Shown piece by piece: positions 44,501 through 57,066 of a DNA stretch of 64,000 nucleotides (within the stretch, counting starts at the first letter, position 1; every line of letters starts with the position of its first letter). Below the pieces are notes generated by a model. That model did not search any database and was not told where the DNA came from. It was given only the letters and a program-made list of their open reading frames with translations. Origin of the DNA: Ylistrum balloti (taxonomy: Eukaryota); assembly GCF_031769215.1 (NCBI RefSeq), contig NW_026782248.1, positions 62,001-126,000 of the forward strand, in the 5' to 3' direction. Position numbers and translations under genes: made by a program.

Positions 44501-44557
44501 GACAATAGAGAGGAAGACGATAAGTTGTTAGAAAGTGATTCATCATCGCTTGGATGA
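37639..44557 (+). CDS. PKNOX: PKNOX/PREP TALE homeobox transcription factor, ~477 aa
   Basis: Phase-consistent exons 37639-37730, 37976-38038, 38504-38675, 39128-39499, 39768-39879, 40186-40331, 41546-41622, 42823-43037, 44373-44557 (1434 nt). MEINOX motifs [18 protein letters not shown] and [18 protein letters not shown]. Homeodomain [60 protein letters not shown] is PREP-type rather than MEIS-type. Confidence 0.93.
40448..41052. mobile_element. Non-autonomous DNA transposon (MITE-like) with 16-17 bp TIRs in a PKNOX intron
   Basis: CAGGGGTGCAGATTAAC at 40448 and GTTAATCTGCACCCCT at 41036-41051 are reverse complements. No clear TSD. Confidence 0.75.
41665..42491. repeat. Tandem array, 42-bp unit AATGTTTGTCCAATATCACAGGGCCCCTACATAGTGATAGGT, in the intron splitting homeodomain helix 3
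   Basis: About 19 near-identical units. Produces 14-aa periodic ORFs on both strands. Confidence 0.97.
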
Positions 44558-45559
44558 TGTGTTTGCAGCGTCATTGTGATAAATTGTGATTCTAAGAGGA
44601 AGTTTACCAACATGTCTGACAGAAGGATATTTCCACCAGTTGTAGTTGGAATTCAATTTTAGTTATCTATGACTTCTATCTACAAAATTGCTTTTGATTT
44701 TTTTTAAGTGATCATAAAAGTTATGTCATATATTATTCAAAATATGGTGGCACTATAAATCACTATGGGGTGAAATAGGATGGTAAGTATAGCCTTTCTA
44801 ACTACAAGTGAAGGACAGAGATGTAGGGTTTAACACTCCCAGCCCATGTTTTTACAGGTAAAACTGACTAAGTTCACCAACAGTGTATTTAAGAAAATAA
44901 AGTTCTGCATATCTTGTCTGTAACAGAAAGTAACAGGAAAAAGGTTTTCAGAAATTTGGTCCATGCTCCCTGCCCATGGCAGATCGTTTTCACAGATAAA
45001 GCAAACTGACCAAGTTCATCAACAATGTTTTTTTTTTTTTTTTTTTTTTTTAAAAGGCTCTGCATACCTTGTCTGTTAGAAAGGAAATCTCAGAAAACAG
45101 GTTCAGAAATTTGATCTTGAATTTGTGTTAAAATAATGATTTTATGCAGAATCATTGTAGATGTATGTTTACTGCTCTTGAATTAGCACAATGACTTCAG
45201 CACAGAAGTTATTGATATTAAGATACTGTTCAATTAAGAGCACATACAGTTGTAATGGATGCCAAGTTTTACAACTGATATTTGAACATTATTTGTTTAT
45301 TTTCTATTGGAAAGAGTTCAAACATGAATATATATTATTATTTAAGGTGACAGTTTAATGAGAGGCACACATTGACCTCAACTGACCCCCAGGGACTGTT
45401 GGATGCGGCCAAAAATAGGGAAAATTGACTGAAATTTCAAAAATCTTCTTTACAAAACCCAGGAATGATAGAAACAAATTCTATTCATATATGGAAAGGT
45501 CATAAGATGCTTTACCAGATTTGTATAATTTATGACCACATGGTCTCACATTTCCTCCT

Positions 45560-45930
45560 TTGGAGGGGGGAAATTTTTCCTGTGCAATACCTATTTCAAA
45601 CTTCTTCTCACGAATCACCAGTGGGATTGAGCTCTAACTTGCTTGAAATGATCCTGAGGTGGTTCTGACCAAGTATTGTTATTTTTTGGGTATATCCGAA
45701 TCCCGAGATGGTCGTCATGGCTGCCATCTTGAAAAACATATTTTAAACTTCTTCTCCAGTTCCACTGGTGCCATCGAGCTAAAAATTAGCGGGAAGTTTA
45801 AGAAAACGAAGCCAACAAAGTGTTGTTATTTTTCAACCTTGTCAAAACTTCGATATGGCAGCTAGGGAGACCATTTTCCTGAGCAACACCTATTTCAAAC
45901 TTCTCATGTTTTACCAGTTGGATTGATCTC
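45560..45930. repeat. Degenerate ~150-bp tandem monomers, possibly Helentron-associated satellite; similar-style segment at ~59200-59460
   Basis: tttcaaacttcttctc-like blocks recur at ~45595, ~45745 and ~45895. Confidence 0.45.
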
Positions 45931-48900
45931 CAACTTTACTGTCAAAAATAGGTAACACTTGTTACAGTTACCTACTCCTCACCATCTGCATCATGGAAAA
46001 CAGCTCCTTAGTAACATTTCATTCAAAGCGGAAAACAACAATCCTTTTCCTTGCTGAGAGTTTTAGTCCGATGATCTTAACGGCCTATTGACAATTCAAC
46101 AACGTATTGGAAATTATTCACCCCATTTTTTCTTCGCCTGTATATTTTGAATGACCTAAAAATACAATCAACAGCTCTGCTTCAGCTTTAACATCTTGGT
46201 TTAAACTGTATTTCATTTTCAATTCAGTCACAAAATACAGTATGGATAAAAAAAGAAGTATTAGAAACAAGTTCAGGGTTAGTGATATTTTTTGGGTCTT
46301 GCGATTTTAATCTAGAAGTTATGTACATGTTTGTCTGTATGATACAAGAGTAAGTTCACACAGTCTCCACCTTATACACATTGGTGTGGAAAGGAAAATT
46401 ATTCTCAATAAACTTGAAAATTGAAGTAGAAAATACCAGCTATAACATCAAATGCATTCTTTCACTTGATAATGGGACTCTATATAAATTTTGTAAAGGT
46501 GCTTTGTAATAGCTTGGAATTAAAATCTGTTTCACTTAATTTAATCTATAGAGTTATAACTTTTAGAAAAGCTCTTTTTGTAGATGGTGGTTACTGTCGC
46601 TGTTTATTAAGGCAGGATTATTTTAGCTGTAATGTGATGAATTATATAAACTGCCATGTCTTCACGTGATTTTGGGAGTTTGTGACAATTCTAAAGATGT
46701 CAAAATCTCTTTTGTGATGTCTGATTAGGGTAATGCTGTTTGATAGAATTGTTTTGTGTGTGTGAAGAGCGGTGAATGTCAAATGGTGCTGTTGTTATTG
46801 TTGATTCTTCCCTGTGGAGAACTGTATTTGTTATTTTGTATACTTTGTACTTGACTTGAAAGCCGTCACTGTGGTGAATGCAATAAACTACTGACACAAA
46901 CATCCGATTTTCTGTGCTATTTAAACACACTATATCATAAAATTGTCTTTTATTATCAGTTCATCCATGAATCATTCTTGTAATAGCCATTTCTTAAAGG
47001 TATCTGGATTGATTATATAGTTTTTTATGCTCCCAAAACTTTTGTGTGCGCATATACTCTGCGTTGTCCATCGGCCTGTCCATCTTTACATCCATTCTTT
47101 TGTGACCAGAGCAAAACCTTGAATAGAGTTCAGCAATTATCATCATACTTTGTGTATACATTGGTCATAACTACACAATGTTTGACATGTAACTCCTCAT
47201 TTGCAGAATTATGACCCTTTGATTAAAATGAGAGTTTTGAGCATAGTTTTGCTTGCATTTAAACTAAGATGATGAAACTTGGTGCGTATATGTGTACCAA
47301 ATTCAGGGCCCACAACTCCTGAATTACAGAGTTATTGTCCTTTATAACACAAATTAGTCCAGAGCATAACTTTCCTTTCCTTTCAGCAAGGATAATGAAA
47401 CTTTGTGTTGAAATATCATGAAACGATTAGCATTGTATCAAATTTAGGGCATGGAACCCCTTCATTTAAGAGTTAGTGCCCATTCCGAAGACTGTAGAAT
47501 AGCTTTGCTTTCATATAATCTAGGACGATAAACCTTAATGTATGCTTTGGCCTTGGAACTAGGATGTTCAGTGCTCCATATTCACTGCTGCAATTACAGA
47601 ATTATTCTCTTTTGTTGAAATATTGTTTCCAACACCGTGGATTTTGGTGAGCATTCGTCAGTTTCACTCTCGTGTTTGCAGGTTCTCATTGGCTCATGGG
47701 AGTGTATTGTCATTCCAGAAACTATCCAAATACAACATTATGGGCGATCATCATCAGACGCGGATATTTTTACAGTTAAATTCCTTTTTCTTGACCAGTA
47801 CAGGATGTATTGTTCTTAAAGTTCTTACGCATGCTCCCAATGTCTCCTAGTTGTGTATTGGACTGGTCAGAAAGGGATTTTGACAGTTTTTTTTTTTATC
47901 ACTTCCATGAAAAAATACAAAGGAATCGTTCTCAAATTTCATGTGTTGGTTGCCTAGGTCTCGGATTGGTCGCTTTTGAATTCAGGACTGATTATAACAA
48001 ATCGAAATGGCTATCGGGCGACCATATTGGAATATTACATTGAAAGTACTGTACAAATCTCAAATCTAGAGTATAATGTCACATTTCGACGGATGTTAAA
48101 TGGTAGGAAGTCGCCTACACAACCAGTAATACCATCTGCTTGCTCCCATCCTTGCCATCGAGCGTGATAAGTATGTTATGCCTTTCGAATAGTGCCAAGG
48201 TCAGAAAATACGCATTAACTTAAAATTATCCGATATATGAAAATTTTGAAATTTATTTAATCATGGGACAGCTGCACCTCTAGATTTTATATTTCATTTC
48301 GATCACTTTGGATTTCCCTTAATCTCCTCTTAAGCTTCAAAATTAAGGCCCTTAACACCATTGACTAGACCTAGGACAAAATCGCTGTATTGTGCTGTTT
48401 AATTCATTGTTTGACTCTACTGTATCTAACTCTTAATCATTGTAAGGTGCTATTCACTTGCGTGTCTTTTGTACAACCTTTATTACACATTTATTATACT
48501 GATAAGACGGGCGTAGGTTCAGAAACGTGTTACAAAAGATAAGAGTACATAAACAGAGAACATCCGGGTACTTATTTGCCTTTACATTACATAATTGCAT
48601 TCAGACAAGAAAATGTTGAAAAAGAATCCTACATGAGGTTCCATTTGATATGCCTGTGGTTTATAAGACGAGTCTTAGTCTGTTTGATGGGTGAGATAAT
48701 ATGAAAAACGTGATTAGTGACAAATCGCATATACAAGATGGAAGCTTATGTAAACCACAGTCATATAAGGAAGGAAAATCAAATTACTACATTATAACCG
48801 TATATACACAAATAAGAAATTTATCTTAGTTCATAGTGGCAGACGTCACTGTAAGCATCTTCTTGATGCTGTTTGACGGTCTGCTTTTGTATACTTAGTC

Positions 48901-49039
48901 ACATTAAGTTTCACAAATTAATTTCTCTAAAAGTAAACATAAACAGATCATGAGGAATTTCACTGCTGGGTTTATCATCCCATGAACACCCAGGGCCATT
49001 TGCTTGTTAAGTTTCTTAAATAACAGTTACATTTACATG

Positions 49040-49745
49040 TGTTCAAATGTTTGAAGGCTTGTCGTACTGAGGAGTTGTCCTATGGTGTTGCTTTAATGTA
49101 TACTTGTTGTATACACATAATTCCTTTGAAGACATATTTATTTCGATAAGATATATCTTTGATAAACATTTTACTTTCTGAAGTGGAAATACACACAGCC
49201 ACGTTACAAGAACATCACCAGCTCCACCAAGCAAACATCACAAGGGCAAAAAACTTCGTCGTACTGAAGTCTTTACAGTGAAACTTAAGGTTGAGGTGTT
49301 TATCCATCACGATGACGTACGGTTGTTTGTCTGGTTCCTTACCCGCCATGTGGTTATCATACGACACGCCATCACTATCAGCTACGTCATCGGTCTGTTT
49401 ATATGACGTCATGTGATGAGGATTTAAGGCAACTTGTCTACAAAGACCTCCCGCTCCAGCTGACACCGCTCGTCTGCTCATTGACAACGTCACAATTCTC
49501 TTTGATTTCCGGGACACTGGTCGTCACACACACAGAACCAAACCCTGTACGTGGTTAGGGAAACGGAGGTCGATAGGACTTTGACCTCTCGTACACGCTG
49601 CCTCTTGTAACAGTACGATAACCAAGTCTCGTCACCAGTAAGACCTGTACGACATGTAGAGCAAAAAAATGACGTAAACTCGTTCAGAATCACAGTGGTT
49701 GGAATCTGTTTGCCTGATATTCGTCGTCGACCAGAGGGCAGCTTT
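49040..49745 (-). pseudogene. Frameshifted partial copy of the neighbouring TRIM-like NHL propeller
   Basis: Pieces LTGDETWLS, RVWFCVCDD, SDGVSYDNHMAGKEPDKQPYVIVMDKHLNLKFHCKD and GAGDVLVT match ORF 49798-51306 but lie in different frames with deletions. Confidence 0.85.
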
Positions 49746-49797
49746 ATTGTATAATACACCGGTATATTAATGTAAAAACATATTACACATAAGTTAT

Positions 49798-51306
49798 TTA
49801 GACGGTAACTTGTCTTATATACTGGAAAATCTTTATTTTCCTGTCCCTGTGTCCTACCCAGAAGGTACCGTCCTCATGTAGACTGATACACAAAGGTTCT
49901 ACTCCGTCAGATGTATAAACAGTCCTCATACAGTGTCCAGTGTTCCTGTCAATCAGTAGTACTGACTTGGTGATCCATTCCGTTACAAGGACATCACCGG
50001 CTCCATCAAAACAAACATCGTACGGATAAAACTTTGATGACTGAGTAGAACTTCGGATTGGATTGGTCGCACTGATGTCTTTACAGTGAAACTTTAGGTT
50101 GAGGTGTTTATCCATCACGATGACGTACGGTTGTTTGTCTGGTCCTTTACCAGCCATGTAGCTATCATACGACACGCCATCACTGTCAACAACAGCTACG
50201 TCACCGGTCTGTTTACATGACGTTATCTGATGAGGAAGAACTGCTACCTGTCTACAAGGACCTCCCGCTCTAGATGATACCACCCGTCCGTCTGTAGTGA
50301 ACAGCTGTATTCCTCCCTCCATCCCAACCACTACCATGTCATCACTGGTCATACAAAGAGAACGTGGCGTGTCGGTGACGTTAAATCGTTTAACATTATC
50401 ACCACCTGTCGTGATTTCCCGGATACTTCTGTCATCACACACACAGAACCACACCCTGCCCGTGGTCGGGGATATGGATATCGAATCGACTTTAACCTTA
50501 CACTGTATCTTCTCCTTCACTCTGCCTTTTGTATCCACTCGGTACACTCTATCACTGTCCCAGAACGATAGCCACGCCTCGTCACCAGTAAGATGTGCCT
50601 GACACGTATTGTAATCAAATGACGGTGTAATTTTGTTCAGAATCACAGGAGCAGTTATCGGTTTGCAAGACTGATCCTCTCCGTCGACTAGTATCTTACC
50701 GAGCATATGTTCCAGCAGTTCTTTGGAGATGGTCCCGGATTTGAATTCCACTTTCTGCAACTTTCTGAGAGTAGGTGGTACAATGGATGTATTCCTAATT
50801 TCCCGCGCTAAAATTGTGACGTCAGCGGTGGTACCAGATGCCAGAACCCCACGAGTTCTGTGTAGTTTTGGTTTCAAGTCCTTGTTCAGATGTTTGTTTA
50901 ATGCTGTTTTATTTTTCTCAGAAATAGTTGCATTTAATTTTTCTAACTCGGTACACATGTTCACTAACATATCGATATTTCTGTCGATATCGTCTTTCAT
51001 CTTTTCCCCCTGACGTTTAATGTCTCTGATAGCTGCCTGATATTGTCCACCGTTTGTCTCATTCTCCCGAATATCTTCCTCAACTTTCGGAATGTCGACC
51101 TTGGAGAGTTTGTCAACATACTGTTGTATTTCCCGTTTCTGGCTCTCCACGTATTCAGTAAGTTTTCCCAATGTGTGACCGTTGTGACTGCCTGTAACAC
51201 ACTCCATACAAATCAACTGGTCGTTACACGATTTACAGACGTATACAAATCCTTTCCCCTGATGACGGGGACAACCAGGTACTGGAGCCTGGGCCAGGGC
51301 AGCCAT
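49798..51306 (-). CDS. RING-less TRIM-like protein: B-box2, coiled coil, NHL-like beta-propeller; intronless CDS, 502 aa
   Basis: B-box CPRH-x7-CKSC-x5-CMECVTGSHNGH, a heptad-rich region, and propeller repeats (RVWFCVCDD, PRSLCMTSDDMVVV, PYDVCFDGAGDVLVTE). Confidence 0.9.
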   Translation of the reverse strand: MAALAQAPVPGCPRHQGKGFVYVCKSCNDQLICMECVTGSHNGHTLGKLTEYVESQKREIQQYVDKLSKVDIPKVEEDIRENETNGGQYQAAIRDIKRQGEKMKDDIDRNIDMLVNMCTELEKLNATISEKNKTALNKHLNKDLKPKLHRTRGVLASGTTADVTILAREIRNTSIVPPTLRKLQKVEFKSGTISKELLEHMLGKILVDGEDQSCKPITAPVILNKITPSFDYNTCQAHLTGDEAWLSFWDSDRVYRVDTKGRVKEKIQCKVKVDSISISPTTGRVWFCVCDDRSIREITTGGDNVKRFNVTDTPRSLCMTSDDMVVVGMEGGIQLFTTDGRVVSSRAGGPCRQVAVLPHQITSCKQTGDVAVVDSDGVSYDSYMAGKGPDKQPYVIVMDKHLNLKFHCKDISATNPIRSSTQSSKFYPYDVCFDGAGDVLVTEWITKSVLLIDRNTGHCMRTVYTSDGVEPLCISLHEDGTFWVGHRDRKIKIFQYIRQVTV

Positions 51307-51939
51307 GTCGTCAATGGTGGCTGTTGGGGACTTTGTACCCCTGTCACAAGTTTGTCAATACTACGGCGACGCTTTTTGTTCGAGGCATTGAGTCTATTTA
51401 AAGTAACACCTGTGGATTTTCCAATTGATCAAGTTACGATTACACCCGAATATCCTGGCAGAAACATACCGGTGTCGATGAAACAAACAGTATGCATGAA
51501 ATTGTCATTCGCCACCTGTTTTAGAGAGAGTATTAAAGATTTATAAAGATTTTGAAAATTTCTACAATTTCTGATATAGCGGGAGGGTCAAATTTTGCTA
51601 GATAATCTAGGCTGAATATATGTTTATGTAGGGTAGGGTTATATCACTTTCCTATACACTAAAACATGTGATACAACCCCCGGAAATCCTCACGTGTTAT
51701 CATTTTGTGACTCTCATGTGAAATATCCCTTTTCTACTTTCAAACATAATAAGGAATCTTATATTAAAATTTACATTATAGCAAGCGACACAAAGTGAAA
51801 TATCGTGTCCTTCATTATCAAAATAGCACAATACATATTTTTACGAAGGGAATTTTCCATACGTCGATAGCAGGTATGAAATCAACACTTGTTGTTAGGG
51901 ACAAATCTTACAGTGACATCATGGTAAAACGACTTAAAT

Positions 51940-53100
51940 GACAAGCGAATTGTCAAATTTGCGAGGCAACCTTTTCCTTTATCAAGACACCGACATTTCA
52001 CAAATTACATCACCTACATAGAACATAAAGAAAATACAAAGTTATCAATCTAAATCGAGAGCGATTGTGTAAATTTAGGTGTCTCGATAATCCCTTCAGC
52101 CGATGGACACAGAAAGCCGTTTATAGCGGACACAAAACCATCCGAAATTGTCGTATGTAAGATGGTGATGAAAATATCAAAAATGTTTTACATAAAGCCA
52201 GGCATGCTTTGCACTCTAGACACTGAGCGTATATGTGATCGCGACGAAAATTATTGCACGTCACTCTCCGAGGAAAGTAGTCTACAGTCTCGGCCACATT
52301 CTAAATTAGGAATTGTAAGTAAATAAGACAATTTATTGTAAAATAATGTTAATGTATGTGTATTTACAATAAAAAGGAATTTGTTTTTAAAAAACTCTAG
52401 TTAAATGCATAATATATATATATATAATTTTGAATATGGTTAAATAATCCCCAGAATCGTCAACTCGCCCATTGAAAAGTCGCCCCATAAAATTGAAAAA
52501 TTCTACTTCTGGACTAGAAATAAACGGCGCCAATCTCAAGTAGGAAGAAAGTAGATGTAGTAACTAAGTAAAACGTGCAATAAGTAGAACAAGTCTGTTT
52601 ATTTGAATTTTTTTAAAGGTGCGGATAGGTAGGTAATATGATACTAGTTGCCTCAGTGGTAGCTTGAAATGTACCGGCTGCCAGGTATGTATGACCGAAC
52701 CTGTATGTAGTAACAAGATCATCTCTCGTTCATTCCAAGTAGGTAGCAGGTTTGGAGGTGGTCAATCCAGTGTCGTTTTTACTGAGGCGTTGCTGGTCAC
52801 CCAAACTCATGCAGTGGTCAATGGGTACTACCTGCATGTCATGAAAAGAAAGATTTGGTATGTTGAAATGTCTTGCTACAGGCAGATCCGAGTGTTTCTG
52901 TTTGATAGAACATCTGTGATTTTTTATCCTGAGATTAGGTAGTGTTTTGACTTGCTCCACATACTGCAAATGAAACTTGGTAAACGTTATCAAGTGTATT
53001 ACATTGGCCGATATGCAGGATACCGACTGGAGGATGTGGTAGTTCTAGCCGATGATGTGTGCCAAGTGCCATTTGCAGTATGTAGGGAGATCAAAACACT
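51940..53100 (-). mobile_element. Penelope-like GIY-YIG endonuclease remnant plus downstream tail, homologous to 8168-9336
   Basis: ANVIHLITFTKFHLQYVEQ...LRIKNHRCSIK...LPVARHFN is a GIY-YIG-type pattern. It aligns colinearly with the left-hand copy. Confidence 0.8.
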
Positions 53101-54654
53101 ACTTAATCTCAGGATGGAACATGTACATATCAATGAAAATTTCTTTCCGCTGAAATCTGCAAATAATAATGTTACTAAATAATTATAAAAAGAAAATCAC
53201 ACGCCGTTGATTAACAGTTTGTAAATGTATTTTTTACGTCATATAACCTGACATGTGCACAGAACACCACATCAGTAAACAAGAATACGACTTCCAGCGA
53301 GAATCGGTTGCGTTTGAAAAATGCTACAAGGTTATTCACAAAGCGAAGAATGGCCTGGCTAAATAGGCAGAAGAAAAACACCAGAATTAGAATGAAAATT
53401 GATGTTATGCTAACTACAGATTTCCGTCAGAAAAACAAAAATCATGTGAGCAATCTGCATACTCAAATGTACTGACGTAAAAGGTACATTTACAGGTAAA
53501 GTGCAATGCCGCACGTGCTGTGCGCTTTTCGTGACGTCAAATCACAGGTAGAATGCAGCCATGCAGCATTCGATGGCCCGCCGTGTAGTCTGAATAGGGC
53601 GTATACGTATTTAAAGTAAATACCGACCTCTTGTGGAAACGTGCATTTGGGCGTTAAACGTAATGACTGGTCTAAACTATTTCCCATAAAACACTTTATC
53701 AAATAAAAACACAAATGCCAGGTATGCATTTAGCCTGCTGAACAGCTAGAAAGCCGGCGTTTATTAATATTTGACACATATTTTGTTTTATTGTATTATT
53801 CATATAAAATTACTTGAAATACATACTCCGAAATATTTTGATCATATCTACTAATAACTCTTGTTTCTAAACTTCCATTTCCATACAATACAGCCCAGGG
53901 TTGATAAACTCTATGAGCTAAATGGAAAACCTTCGTACCTACACTGACAACTTTGTCATGTCCGAGTTACCTCCCATAGATAAAAAATTCTATTTTTACT
54001 AAATCTAAATTCTGACATTAAAAAATAAAAAACAGCCTGTACGATACAAGGCTAGAATGACCCCACCTATACAATACACCTGTATACCTGACTCAGTACA
54101 ACGAAAAATGCAAAATGCCTTACTCGCCTATTTGGCCTAATGCATATTCATCAGCCTACGCCTATACTATATATGGCAATAAAAACTTACAGACAATATT
54201 TTTCTGCTATACTAACGAAACGCAGAAAAAGTTACTTCTATTGATTATAGAGGTACATGTTTTCGTATTTTTTTTCATAATTTTCTTCCCTGTTATATCG
54301 TTCTTTTTTCTGTATGCCCACGTTTTTAATACGGAAATAAGATTATGAGAAAATAAGTGGCGCTTCGATCCTGATTGGTTGAAATCTACTCATTTGCTTA
54401 GTAACTCATCAAAGCCATAAATTTACGGTTTTGTTCGAACATATCTATGCAATATGTTTAGCTCGTGTCAAAACCTTCAATAATAATTGCAGTAAATATT
54501 TACTGATAATTTCAGGGATTGTTTATATGGCATCAAAATAATTCAATATCATTTATACTTAAACAACAAAAGCATATTAAGAAAATACCAACATTGCAAC
54601 ATAATGATAATTCAAACTAAAATTCCATAAAATTAGTGCAAAAGAAAGATTTAC

Positions 54655-55480
54655 ACGAAGACTCTTGAAAAAGTACAAGGAGAATAAGACCAGGTGTTCA
54701 TGAAGTGTAAGCGTCTTCTGCTTCATCGACGATACCCTCCATGTAAACATTGGTCAATCCAAGTAAGAAATGTCACGTTCTCAAATGAGAACAAGGTATA
54801 CAATAACGAAACCAACAGGCAAACTAACGAGCATCAGATACGTCCAGCTTCACATCACACAAAGAAATAGAATATTTCTCAATGAGATCATTATGCCGAC
54901 CATAAAGCTTCCCCATAATTATCATCAATCTGCATCTTTTAAATCCTTGTGTTACGAGTTTGTCAGTCAGTTGACGACATGTAGCACGAAAATTGTGTTA
55001 ATGGGAACAGGTCATTGAATATCGAATCATTTTAAATACCGTAAGTTGAAGACGCAGGGATATAGCTATCCAGAAATGGAAAATGCACTATAGGGAAATT
55101 AAAGTCATCACGTTTATCATGCAGCTTGATGGAAAGTTGTCTATTTTGGTTTCGTTGACGGAAACGCGATAACCAACTGATGTATATGAGCCTGTCATAT
55201 CTAATTTTCTAGTTCTATTGGGAATATACGATGGACGTAGTCAATGAATTTCTTCTTATTTAAAGACAAGACGTCATCAACATATCAGAAAATGAAATTA
55301 AACAACTTCAGCCTCTTATGGAAACAATAACAAGTCAGCCAACAAAGGGGCGCAGTTGGTTCCCATAGGTATGCCAATAGTCTGTTGGAAGATATTACCA
55401 AAAAACTCGACGAAGATGTTGTCAACTAAAAACTCGATCATCTTTATGATTACGTCCTCCGGATAAAGAAGCTTTAAATA
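54655..55480 (-). mobile_element. Decayed Penelope-like RT fragment (second family) with 3' tail
   Basis: Minus frame reads MIEFLVDNIFVEFFGNIFQQTIGIPMGTNCAPLLADL, followed by a YVDDVLSLN-like motif with stops. Confidence 0.75.
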
Positions 55481-56433
55481 ATACCGAGAAAATAAAGAAA
55501 GAAAATCTTCCGGAAGATAAAGCGTATTGGAAGTTAAACATGTGGTTTCTACAAAGGTTTCTTCAATCCCCTGTTAAAGGGACGTTGAAGAAAGAAAGTG
55601 GAACACTATTACAAGCTCGTCCTCTCCATCACAACATTTGCAACTTTGATCTTTTCGCTCGCCTTTTCTCTCTGAGAAATGAAGTTATTTAAATTTCTAT
55701 TTCTGTGAGAATGAAAAAAAAAACATTCTATCAAACCGTGGACTTTTAGTATGTAGACACCGTAACATTTAAATTGTACAGAAAATACCGATTTTCCGTG
55801 TTTATCAATTAATACTAGAATCAAGGAGTAGGGGCAGGAGGGTAGGGATCATGCAGGCCAGGATTTCTTCCTTTTGTTATGAATAAAGCGATAACACAGA
55901 GAATGCAAATAACATATATAATTGTCGCCCTGCGAGATAAAATATATGTTGTGCTAAAATTTCAATGATCCCCGCCCAGCTATCAACCTTCGCATATATA
56001 TATATATATATATCTGTACGCTAAATTGCAACTTTGAAGACACATTTGTTTATCCTAAACTAAATATAACACCTTTTAGACAAAATCATGACCCATATGT
56101 TTATTATGTGACAAATCATGACATCTCAAGTGAATTCATGAAAGCGAGATTTTTTATTTGGTTATGAAACACATAATTATTCTACCTCACATGACAAAGG
56201 AGAAATACTTTATAAAGAAATTAGTAGGTTAAGTTACTCTTTAAGCATGAAGTCTCCCTGGAAAACACATGCGATGTTGAAGATAACTGCACCGATTAAA
56301 CTGCTTTGTTAAGCAGATTTCATAATGTTTCTGCTCACACTTTCGGGTTAAGTCAACATCCAATCTAAATTTTTTGCATTCTGAAAATAATATTTTTTAA
56401 TCGACCCGAAAATTTTAACAATTTAGGCCCCTG

Positions 56434-56477
56434 ACATAACAGACGAGTCTTGGAAGGACGAAACATTCGTCTGATGC
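56434..56477 (+). ncRNA. Degenerate minimal type I hammerhead ribozyme motif
   Basis: C-A-GACGA (consensus CUGANGA), stem II GTCT/AGGAC, GAAAC, ATTC loop, GTC cleavage triplet; stem I pairs 4 of 6. Confidence 0.45.
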
Positions 56478-57066
56478 AATTTAACTTAATATTTGGCGCT
56501 ATTGTATCGAAGTTTGTTTGTTTGCTGAAATTTGAAATTTCCTAATGCATGTTTTGTACTGCTTTGATATAAAATGTTATCATTGAAAAATAAATGAAAA
56601 AGTTCTTTTGGATTCAGGTGATAGACTCCTGGTGGACCTAAGTATCCGAGATTTAGAATAACCCTGTCAGAAATAGCTGCACGGTTCAGAACACACGTCA
56701 ACACACGTAAATTGTTTCCGACTCGAACTGCCCATCACACTAACTACTTAGTTTCGTTCTGTTCTATATACTTATCTAATGTTGTGTTTTTGAAGAAATT
56801 GTAATATACTTCCTATCTAACATACAAAAATGGGCAATCCTACAGCTACTCATTTATAAGTATATTGAATTTTTTAATAAGATAATGTATTATGTTCAGC
56901 ATGTATGAAAATTTCATAATCGTGTCGGGAACAATCAGTGTTTTAATATATACCATGTTTTACTAACAAGAGGGCACTGTTTTTACAAAATCCGGATATA
57001 TAAACCGGCGGCCGTTTTAGTTCTTACATGGAGCTTTGTATTTCCGGATAATTTTCATGCGGCAGA

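Noticed and set aside
50297-51546. Plus-strand ORFs over the TRIM-like gene
   Set aside because: Antisense shadows with no recognisable motifs.
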